A stretch of 32,000 bases of DNA, from assembly GCF_036323395.1 (NCBI RefSeq), contig NZ_AP028907.1, positions 420,001-452,000 on the forward strand, read 5' to 3'. The notes beneath the pieces were generated by a model. The model was not told the DNA's origin. It did no database searches and worked only from the letters and a program-made list of their open reading frames with translations. The stretch comes from Pyrodictium abyssi. Lineage in GTDB: Archaea > Thermoproteota > Thermoprotei_A > Sulfolobales > Pyrodictiaceae. Positions 18,531-26,123 of the stretch are shown here, piece by piece; within the stretch, counting starts at the first letter, position 1; every line of letters begins with the position of its first letter. Both the position numbers and the translations under genes were made by a program.

Positions 18531-18786
18531 CGCGAGTTGTGAGCCGCTACGGGGTGATGAGTAACCCCGGTGAGACCCGGCTGACAACCCTCCCCGGGCT
18601 CAGGGGAGGGGATGACTAGAGCCCCGCATCACTGACCACACGTCGCCCTGGAGCACGGCTGAAAGCCGAGCCCGGGGGAAGGAGGAGAGCCGGAGCCCCT
18701 ATCCCGCAGAGGACTCTACGCCGGAGACAGGGGGCTGCGGCGCGCTGGCCAAAGCCCTCTGTCCGGCAGAACGGGGTAGAAGCGGC

Positions 18787-19021
18787 GGGCCTCTGCCCGC
18801 GCCTCCCAGGCCCCGCTGGGGCTGCCCACCCGGGGGCTGGAGCGCCTCCCCCTGTGAGAGCGCCTGCCGGAGCTCCTAGGGGCCGGCCGTAACCCCCTAG
18901 GGCTACGGCTCAAGCCCCTTTCGGAGCCCCTTCTCAGGCGCCCTCTTCGGGGTCTGGCGTCTCCGCGCCCCGGTGGGTTCTTGCCCCTTTGGGTTACCTG
19001 GGAACGCGGGCAGAGGCCCAT
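18787..19021 (-). ncRNA. Candidate structured (rod-like) non-coding RNA; minus-strand orientation proposed
   Basis: 15-bp perfect end-to-end helix 18787-18801/19005-19019, then nested helices 18805-18810/18997-19002, 18825-18835/18968-18977 (one bulge), 18839-18846/18956-18964 (one bulge), 18860-18866/18935-18941. TATA-like GTTTAAATAT (19052-19043, minus) lies about 26 nt before the proposed 5' end. Confidence 0.55.
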
Positions 19022-19033
19022 GTAATACCTACA

Positions 19034-19819
19034 CTATTCTTCATATTTAAACATATTGTTTAATGAGCTATAACGGGTGTCTATAAGTAGTCCGCGGTCA
19101 GAGTAACAGCGCGCTATATCGCCTAGAGTTTCATAGTACTTCTCTGGGTCCACTTCCACGGCCTCGCCTCGGTCCACGTCCACCAGTATCACGGCGTGGA
19201 GCCGGGCGAGCTGGAGATCCTCAAGCGGCACAGGAGGGTCGCGGTAGTAGCGGTCTACGAGGCTCTTGAGCCTCTCCAGCTCCTCTACGCTCCGCGCCTT
19301 GGGCGGGCGGAGCAGTATGCTTGGCACGGGGGCGGCGTAGTATGGCGGCACGGCTAGCGCCATTTTCCCAGCGTACCTGCTGTAGCGGGCAATCTTCGCG
19401 GCTAGCCGGGCCCGTAGGTAGTCCAGCGGGTCGAGCGCGTTAGAGGGAGGCGTAAACCCGGTCTCAACCTCCACTACTAGGCCGTCACCGAGACGCTCAG
19501 CGTACACGTCACAGACCAGGCCGTCTGGCAGCCTGTGCTCCACGTCAACCCTCTCGTAGCCGCGGCGGATGAGATGCCCCGCCACCACCAGCTCCATAGC
19601 CGTGTGGTTTATCTTCACGAGGCCTCTCCGGTACATCTCCACGAGCTTCCCGACTAGGGGCTCAAGCTCCTCCCGGAGGCCCATGCGGCCCGCTATCTCC
19701 TGGAGGTCGCGCTGGAACCTCTCAACGCTGTGCTGGCTCGGCGCCACAGCGGGTAGCCCCTTGTGTAGATGGGGACGGGCACCCTGTAATTCAGCCCCTG
19801 CTACGGGGCAGCCTCTCAC
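19034..19819 (-). CDS. Uncharacterised archaeal protein, possible PD-(D/E)XK-like nuclease fold (start approximate)
   Basis: NHTAMELVVAGHLIRRGYERVDVEHRLPDGLVCDVYAERLGDGLVVEVETGFTP pattern (E...D-x-D...E-x-E); TATA-like CTATAAAAAC about 26 nt ahead of a TSS near 19828, 9 nt before GTG 19819. Confidence 0.55.
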   Translation of the reverse strand: MRGCPVAGAELQGARPHLHKGLPAVAPSQHSVERFQRDLQEIAGRMGLREELEPLVGKLVEMYRRGLVKINHTAMELVVAGHLIRRGYERVDVEHRLPDGLVCDVYAERLGDGLVVEVETGFTPPSNALDPLDYLRARLAAKIARYSRYAGKMALAVPPYYAAPVPSILLRPPKARSVEELERLKSLVDRYYRDPPVPLEDLQLARLHAVILVDVDRGEAVEVDPEKYYETLGDIARCYSDRGLLIDTRYSSLNNMFKYEE

Positions 19820-19923
19820 TACTCGTAACGGTTTCCTCTAAGCAGCATGTTTTTATAGCCCTGGACTGCTAGCCTACTTCTACGCGCGAATACAATAACG
19901 CATGTTTCAATCCCTCCAGGGGT

Positions 19924-21123
19924 ATGAGAGCGTTGGCTACCCAGAAGAAGCGCGTAGTCGTGGTAGGCGGCGGCATAGCAGGTATGGCTGCTGCGCGCAC
20001 ACTCGTAGAGAGGATAGGCGACGCGGCAGAAGTCACAGTCGTAACCAAGGACCCCTTCTACATGGCTGGGCCTAGCCGCCCCCTACTGCTAACCGGGGAG
20101 CAGAGCTACGACCGCATAACCCGCGGCTACGAGGAGGCCGCGGCCAGCGGCATAAGGATAGTGTACGGCAACGTGACCCGCATCGACCCCGGCGAGCGCC
20201 GCGTATACTACACAGAATCCCCAACCAGGAGCTACACCTCGACCACCCAGAGCAGCCTAGACTACGACTACCTAATCCTAGCCCCCGGCGTAGTCTACGA
20301 TGGCTCGAGCATCGAGGGCTACAGGGAGCACTGGCACCGCACAGCTAGCGTCTACGAGCCCGGCCGCGTAGACGTGCTACGCAGCCGCATCTGGAGCCAG
20401 AACAAGGGCACAGTAGTAGTGTACGCTCCGCCCATGCCCTACCGCTGTGCTCCAGCTCCCACAGAGACTGCTCTAATAATAGATGCTGTCCTGCGCCACC
20501 GCGGAGTACGTAATAGCTTCAGCATAGTACATGTGGATGCAAACCAGAAGACACAGCCACCGGTGATAGCAGATATAGTGAAGAATATCTACGATGAAGC
20601 AGGGATCGAACTCATAACGGGTAGAAAAATAACTGAGATAGACGATAAATCGGTGGTCCTGGAGGATGGAGAACGCATAGAATACACGATCCTGGCGCTG
20701 CTTGAGCCGAACCGCGCTCCACGCTTCATAGCCGAGGCAGGGCTCGGCCAGGACTGGATAGAGGTGAAGACACCCGAGAAGCCCCGCACACCAAGCTACG
20801 ACGACATACTCGCGGCGGGCGACGCCGCTAAGCTGCCTTTCCCCAAGAACCAGGAGATAGCCTACGAGAGCGCCCTCTACGCAGCCAACACGATAATAGA
20901 GGAACTGGGCGGCGAGCCAGCGAGCGTACAGTACGCCTTCCTCGGCTGGGTGTATATGGGCAACCTCCAGGGTCGGCTAGAGACGCTGAGCATCCAGTTC
21001 GGGCTAAACTTCACCACGAAGCCGCCGAAGGCCAGCAAGGATGCCACGCCTAAGCGCGACTACACGCTCCAGAAGGACCGCTGGGAGCAGAGCTACCTCA
21101 ACCGGCTCTTCCACCCCAAGTAG
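19924..21123 (+). CDS. FAD-dependent pyridine nucleotide-disulfide oxidoreductase, sulfide:quinone oxidoreductase-like
   Basis: RVVVVGGGIAGMAAARTLVERI; DYLILAPG; DDILAAGDAAKLPFPKNQEIAYESALYAANTI. Confidence 0.82.
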   Translation: MRALATQKKRVVVVGGGIAGMAAARTLVERIGDAAEVTVVTKDPFYMAGPSRPLLLTGEQSYDRITRGYEEAAASGIRIVYGNVTRIDPGERRVYYTESPTRSYTSTTQSSLDYDYLILAPGVVYDGSSIEGYREHWHRTASVYEPGRVDVLRSRIWSQNKGTVVVYAPPMPYRCAPAPTETALIIDAVLRHRGVRNSFSIVHVDANQKTQPPVIADIVKNIYDEAGIELITGRKITEIDDKSVVLEDGERIEYTILALLEPNRAPRFIAEAGLGQDWIEVKTPEKPRTPSYDDILAAGDAAKLPFPKNQEIAYESALYAANTIIEELGGEPASVQYAFLGWVYMGNLQGRLETLSIQFGLNFTTKPPKASKDATPKRDYTLQKDRWEQSYLNRLFHPK

Positions 21124-21260
21124 CCATCGCCGCGCCTCTCTTTTTACGGCCCCCGGGGGCCGGAGGAGCGGCCGTAGTCCTCTTATACCCGGAGCTAGGC
21201 CGCGGGGTCTTGGCCCACGTGTATCCCACCTAGCGTCCTGGCCGGGGTGACGGGGTATGG

Positions 21261-22928
21261 GTGGTCGCCAAATCCGTCGCTAGCCTACCCAGCGTAGACG
21301 GAGCCGCACTCCTCGAGAGGGTCGAGGTCCTCGACACAACGCTGCGCGACGGAGCCCAGGCGCACGGCATATCCTTCAGCCTCCAGGCGAAGATACGGAT
21401 AGCCCTAGAGCTAGACCGCCTAGGCGTATCCTTCATCGAGGCCGGGTGGCCGGGCAGCAACCCCAAGGACGAGGAGTTCTTCCGGGCAATAAGGGACTAT
21501 AGCCTCAGCCACGCCGAGATAGTAGCGTTCACCTCGACACGCCGCAAGGGCATGAAGCCGGAGGAGGACAGAGTTCTCGCCAAGGTGCTCGACGCGGAGA
21601 CGCGCTGGGTCACCGTCTTCGGCAAGTCGTGGACACTACACGTCCACGAGGTCCTAAGGACAACGCTCGAAGAGAACCTGGACATGGTCTACGACACGAT
21701 AAGGTTCCTCCGCGAGCACGGCGTCCGGGTCATATTCGACGCAGAGCACTTCTTCAACGGCTACCTCGAGGACCCCGAGTACGCGCTAAAAGTGCTGGAG
21801 ACAGCCGTGGAGGCCGGCGCCGAGAGGATAGTACTAGCGGACACCAACGGCGGCATGCTGCCCCACACTGTGTACCGTGTCGTCCGCGAGGTCCGCGAGA
21901 GGATAAAGGCGCCCCTAGGGCTCCACATGCACAACGACAGCGGCTGCGCGGTAGCAAACACCATCATGGGCGTCCTCGCCGGCGCAGAGCACGTACAGGT
22001 CACGGTCAACGGTATAGGGGAGCGCACCGGGAACGCAGACCTATGCCAGGTAGTCCCGGGGCTCGAGCTGAAGCTCGGCGTCCGCGCCCTAGAGAACCCT
22101 GAGGGGCTCCGGCTCCTACGCCGGGTATCCCGGCTCGTCTACGAGCTAGCAGGGCTCCAGCCCAACCCCTACCAGCCCTATGTCGGCGACAACGCGTTCG
22201 CACACAAAGCGGGGGTGCACGTCGACGCGGTGCTGAAGACACCCAGGGCCTACGAGCACATAGACCCCGGGGCTGTGGGCAACCAGCGACGCCTAGCCGT
22301 ATCGGAGCTGAGCGGCGCCGCTAACCTCGTAGCATGGGCGCGCCGCGAGCTAGGCCTAGAACTCGGCAAGCGCGACCCACGGCTCCGCCGGGCCCTAGAG
22401 CGGGTGAAGCAGCTCGAGAACCAGGGCTACAGCTTCGACAACGCTTACGCCTCGGCGCTCCTCATACTCATGGAGGAGCTGGGGGCCAGGGCCCGGCCCT
22501 TCCGTGTAGAGGCCTGGAGAGTGGTCAGCGAGGGCGGGCCCCAGGGGAGCAGGAGCTGGGCACTAGTCAAGGTCGCGGCGCCGGGCGGCGAGACGGTGCT
22601 AGCAGCAGGCGAGGGCGGCGGACCCGTACACGCCGTAGACGAGGCCCTCCGCGCCGCCCTAGCAAGGCTACTACCCGGCGGAGCCGGGGCGGCCCGGCTC
22701 ATAGACTACCGGGTCACGCTACCCGGGGCCGTGAGGCACACCGCCAGCACAGTGAGAGTCGAGGTAACCCTGACAGACGGCTCCAGCGCGTGGACCACGG
22801 TCTCGGTCTCGGACAACATAGTAGAGGCCAGCCTAGACGCGCTAACCCAGGGCATAGAGTACTACCTGCTCCGCAGCAGGCTACGCCAACAGGCCAGCAC
22901 GCCGGCTACAAGGGCTCCATCCGGGTAG
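21261..22928 (+). CDS. cimA: Citramalate synthase (HMG-CoA lyase-like, LeuA-dimer C-terminal domain)
   Basis: VEVLDTTLRDGAQAHGISFSLQAKIRIALELDRLGVSFIEAGWPGSNPKDEEFF; LADTNGGMLP; GLHMHNDSGCAVANT; VNGIGERTGNADLCQVVPGLELK; C-terminal regulatory domain. Confidence 0.9.
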   Translation: MVAKSVASLPSVDGAALLERVEVLDTTLRDGAQAHGISFSLQAKIRIALELDRLGVSFIEAGWPGSNPKDEEFFRAIRDYSLSHAEIVAFTSTRRKGMKPEEDRVLAKVLDAETRWVTVFGKSWTLHVHEVLRTTLEENLDMVYDTIRFLREHGVRVIFDAEHFFNGYLEDPEYALKVLETAVEAGAERIVLADTNGGMLPHTVYRVVREVRERIKAPLGLHMHNDSGCAVANTIMGVLAGAEHVQVTVNGIGERTGNADLCQVVPGLELKLGVRALENPEGLRLLRRVSRLVYELAGLQPNPYQPYVGDNAFAHKAGVHVDAVLKTPRAYEHIDPGAVGNQRRLAVSELSGAANLVAWARRELGLELGKRDPRLRRALERVKQLENQGYSFDNAYASALLILMEELGARARPFRVEAWRVVSEGGPQGSRSWALVKVAAPGGETVLAAGEGGGPVHAVDEALRAALARLLPGGAGAARLIDYRVTLPGAVRHTASTVRVEVTLTDGSSAWTTVSVSDNIVEASLDALTQGIEYYLLRSRLRQQASTPATRAPSG

Positions 22929-23811
22929 TCAGGTCGGCGGGCCGCGCCCAGTACGGAGCACTAGTAACCACCACGTCGACCCCGGTAGCCGCGTACTCCG
23001 CCACGTTTTCCAGCCCTATCCCCCCGCCCACGGCGACACGTATGCGGGGGTTCCGGCGCTTCAGCTCCCTCACGAGCCTCGCCAGCTCCCCGGGCTCCAC
23101 GTGGTCCAGCTGCACCTCGTCCACCACACCGCTCTCCGCAGCGAGCAGCGCCTCCTCCATAGTCTCCGCCTCCACCGCCACCAGCCTCTCCCCGACGACG
23201 CCCCGGGCCCCGCGGAGCCGGTCCAGCGCCTCCCTTAGCCCGCCCCCGAGGAGCACCAGGTGGTTACGGAACACCAGTACGGTCTCCGAGAGCCCCATAC
23301 GGTGCAGCGTAGCCCCGCCGCAGAGCACGCAGCGGTAGTAGAGGCTGCGTAGCCCCGGCGGAGCCTTCCTGGCGACAGCGACCACGACCCCGGGGCTAGC
23401 GGCGCGGGCCCGCTCAACCATCCGCCGCGTATACGTCGCAACACCCGAACCCACAGCAGCCAGTGTCTGGGCGAGCCTCCAGCCAGCATGCAGCACCCCC
23501 GCCGGCCCCTCCGCCTCCAGCAGAGCCTGGCCCGGCTCAGCCCAGCAGCCCTCCCCGGCGAGGAGCCTCACACGAGCCCCAAGCCTCTCGTATACCGCAG
23601 CAGCCTCCCTGAGCCCGCAGGCGACTATCCGCTCCCGGGTCACAAGCCTCGCCCGGCCAGCCCTCCACGCGATGCCCAGCACGCCGGTGGTGAAGTCCGT
23701 GTAGGGCACGTCCTCCCTTATCCACTCGTCGAGGAGCGAGCCCGGTAGCGGGAAGAACCAGTCACAGCCACAGCTCTCGGGCAAGGGGAGACCAGGCACC
23801 CCTCCAGGCAC
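22906..23811 (-). CDS. ModD/NadC-family (nicotinate-nucleotide pyrophosphorylase-like) protein
   Basis: LLDEWIREDVPYTDFTT; RARAASPGVVVAVARKAPPGLRSLYYRCVLCGGATLHRMGLSETVLVFRNHL; VQLDHVEPGELARLVRELK; AVGGGIGLENVAEYAATGVDVVVTSAPYWA. Confidence 0.8.
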   Translation of the reverse strand: MPGGVPGLPLPESCGCDWFFPLPGSLLDEWIREDVPYTDFTTGVLGIAWRAGRARLVTRERIVACGLREAAAVYERLGARVRLLAGEGCWAEPGQALLEAEGPAGVLHAGWRLAQTLAAVGSGVATYTRRMVERARAASPGVVVAVARKAPPGLRSLYYRCVLCGGATLHRMGLSETVLVFRNHLVLLGGGLREALDRLRGARGVVGERLVAVEAETMEEALLAAESGVVDEVQLDHVEPGELARLVRELKRRNPRIRVAVGGGIGLENVAEYAATGVDVVVTSAPYWARPADLTTRMEPL

Positions 23812-23889
23812 GCAGCCCAGGGCTTCCCCGCGCGTACAATCCCCGGAGAGGGTGGTGCGTAGAAAAGGAACCGGTCTAGGCCCCCGGGC

Positions 23890-24540
23890 CTAGCTCACGC
23901 TAACAGGTGTAACCTCCACGTAGACCGGGATGGTGTCGAACATAGCACCCTCCCTCACCTGGTAGTAGACAATAGCGTCGAAGACCACAGGCCCGGAGGA
24001 GAGGTCGCCGCTATCCAGCACCATGACAGCGGTAGGCGCGTCTAAGCCGACCACAGCCTTAACCTCCCTGCCACCAGTCCCAGCCTTAGCCAGCACCACG
24101 TCTAAGCGGCTAAAGTAGCGCCTCAACACATCAGCGTTAGTAATGTTGACGACGAGCTTCGCGACATCAACGTCCGGGCCCGGAGACACCACGAGCCAGC
24201 CAGGATAGACAAGCTCGCCCACAGCACCAGAAGAGCTAGAGACGGACAACACACCAGCGGTGGACACCGTCACAGGCTCAGCAGCAGCCGAAGCCTCGCC
24301 GACAGCCCAGCCGCCCCCAGCAGCCCCGGAGCCGCCCGCACCATACCCGGGGGAGGCTACGCTAGAGCCCTGTACACCGCTAGGCGCCGGGGTGTAGGGC
24401 ACGCTAGCGGGGCCCGGTTGCTGGCCGCCAGTCTCCGTGGCGAAAGCACCTAGAAGCACTATGGCGGCGAGCGAGAACACTACAGCCGCCAGGCCGGCAA
24501 CGACGACACTGTTACCCATACTACGGCACGCCCTACACAT
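23890..24540 (-). CDS. Secreted cannula-subunit-like (CanA family) protein, paralog 1
   Basis: Signal-peptide-like N-terminus plus DVAKLVVNITNADVLRRYFSRLDVVL...EVKAVVGLDAPTAVMVLDSGDL...VVFDAIVYYQVREGAMFDTIPVYVEV; same conserved layout in the 26116 and 29140 genes. Confidence 0.75.
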   Translation of the reverse strand: MCRACRSMGNSVVVAGLAAVVFSLAAIVLLGAFATETGGQQPGPASVPYTPAPSGVQGSSVASPGYGAGGSGAAGGGWAVGEASAAAEPVTVSTAGVLSVSSSSGAVGELVYPGWLVVSPGPDVDVAKLVVNITNADVLRRYFSRLDVVLAKAGTGGREVKAVVGLDAPTAVMVLDSGDLSSGPVVFDAIVYYQVREGAMFDTIPVYVEVTPVSVS

Positions 24541-24878
24541 GCATGCTGTGGACCAGCCGGGCAGAACTATAAGGCTTGCCTCAGCCGCTGGCCCGGCTAC
24601 GCACCGATAACAGTGTTACAGATGACGCCAGATGGTTAGTATCGCTAGAGGTACAGAAACCACTACTATTTCTACTTCTACGACGTAGCTGATACGCGGA
24701 CACCAGAAAAATGTGGGCAACACTTAAGATAGAAAGCTACTAACGAAGTAGACAGCGGGTACACGGCACAGAGCTTATATAGCGTGCGGAGGCAGAGCCA
24801 CAGATACCCGCGCAGGAAGAACGAGGCTCGGCCAAGCACTACACAGCGGTAACAAGGCGTCCTCACACTCAAGGAGCT

Positions 24879-24941
24879 GGCGGCAGGGCCTCACCCCCTC
24901 ACCGGAGGGATCACAGCCCCCTGCCGCCCCGGTGGGTGAGG
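24879..24941. other. Intergenic inverted-repeat pair with H-type pseudoknot topology
   Basis: GGCGGCAGGG (24879-24888)/CCCTGCCGCC (24919-24928) crossed by CCTCACCC (24889-24896)/GGGTGAGG (24934-24941). Confidence 0.4.
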
Positions 24942-25123
24942 AGAGCCCCGGCTGCCGCCCTCGCCCGTCTCTAATACTCGGTCAATTCCCTAGTTTAAGC
25001 ATTTCTAACCATAGGATTAGCCGGGCTAGCACAGCCGCATTATTCCCCGTCGCGCAGACCAGGAGAGAGGGAGCCACGCCCCGCCACACCCTCCCCCGGC
25101 AGGCGCCAAGGGTGTCCCCAGCG

Positions 25124-26092
25124 GTGAGGACCGTCGCCGAGAAGAGGCTCGGCAGCGAGCCCCGCGGAGTAGCATGGAGCCCCCAGGGCTTCCTAGCAGT
25201 AGCCGAGCACTACAAGCGCGTATCAATACTCAGCCCGGGCCTCGAGCCCGTCTGGGCCCGTAGCCCCGGCCTCTACCTCACCGGCGCCCTCGCCTGGAGC
25301 CCCAGGGGCCGCATGCTCGCCGTCGCCGCGCGCTACGGCAGCCTCAGCCCAGCGGGCTTCACAGTCTACGACGTCTCCGAGGCGGTGGGCGCCAGGAGCC
25401 TCACAGCCTGGCTCCGCCGCGCCCGCAGGCTCCACCGCGTCTACACCACCGGCGCCGTCTACAGCCTAGCCTGGAGCCCGGACGGAGGCCTCCTAGCAGC
25501 AGGCAGCAGCATCGACCGCTGGATCCTGGTCTACCGGGCCCGGCGGAGCGGCCCCGAGCCCGCCTGGGAGTGGAGCGTCCAGGGGCTCCACCGCCTCCTA
25601 TTCACCAGCCGCGACCACCTCTACGTCTACAGCCTCGCCTGGAGCCCCCGCGGGGGCCTACTAGCCGCGGCGGGCGGCAGCGGAGGCGAGGGCTTCACAG
25701 CCCTCTTCACCCGCGATGGCGTCCTCCAGCGCCTCTCCAGGCTAAGCTGGACCTGCTTCTCCGTGTCCTGGAGCCCCGACGAGAGCTTCATAGCCGTGGC
25801 CTGCCGCGACAGCCTCCGCGTCTACGACGCCGAGACCGGCGCCCTGGTATGGCGGAGCCCCGAAGGCTGGTACACCAACGTGGCCTGGCTCGACCAGGAC
25901 ACCCTAGCGGCCACGACCAGGACAAGGCTCCACCTCTACACCTGGATAGGCCTAGAAGCCAAGCCCGAGCACACGGTGGAAGTGGCGGGCTTCACCGAGC
26001 CCGGCACAGGGCTCTCCCACCACCCCGGCACAGGGCGCCTCGCTGTAGCAGACACAGCGGGCCGGCGCGTAGTAGTGCTAGAGCCGGGGTAG
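25124..26092 (+). CDS. WD40-like beta-propeller protein (start refined to GTG 25124)
   Basis: Repeated blades ending GVAWSPQG, ALAWSPRGRMLAVA, SLAWSPDGGLLAAGS, SLAWSPRGGLLAAAG, SVSWSPDESFIAVA. Confidence 0.75.
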   Translation: MRTVAEKRLGSEPRGVAWSPQGFLAVAEHYKRVSILSPGLEPVWARSPGLYLTGALAWSPRGRMLAVAARYGSLSPAGFTVYDVSEAVGARSLTAWLRRARRLHRVYTTGAVYSLAWSPDGGLLAAGSSIDRWILVYRARRSGPEPAWEWSVQGLHRLLFTSRDHLYVYSLAWSPRGGLLAAAGGSGGEGFTALFTRDGVLQRLSRLSWTCFSVSWSPDESFIAVACRDSLRVYDAETGALVWRSPEGWYTNVAWLDQDTLAATTRTRLHLYTWIGLEAKPEHTVEVAGFTEPGTGLSHHPGTGRLAVADTAGRRVVVLEPG

Positions 26093-26123
26093 AGAGGGGG
26101 CGAGCCCCCCGGGGGCTACCCGG
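26084..26123. terminator. Shared inverted repeat between convergent genes (propeller gene and cannula-like paralog 2)
   Basis: GGGTAG (26087-26092) pairs with CTACCC (26116-26121), enclosing GGGGG-CGAG-CCCCC (26096-26109); both arms carry the TAG stop codon of the gene entering from that side. Confidence 0.55.

Noticed and set aside
18716-19021. 101-aa minus-strand ORF in the structured intergenic region
   Set aside because: Arg/Pro/Ser/Gly-rich low-complexity translation; the segment is better explained by extensive RNA base-pairing.
18640-19021. RNase P RNA or SRP RNA identity for the structured region
   Set aside because: Partial resemblance only (GGAGGAGAGCC, GGCAGAAC on plus; GGACAGAGGGCTTT on minus); spacing and pairing of the conserved elements do not fit, so no family name is assigned without an Infernal search.
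22334-23338. 334-aa plus-strand ORF overlapping cimA and modD-like genes
   Set aside because: Arg/Ser/Pro-rich shadow translation across two well-supported genes.
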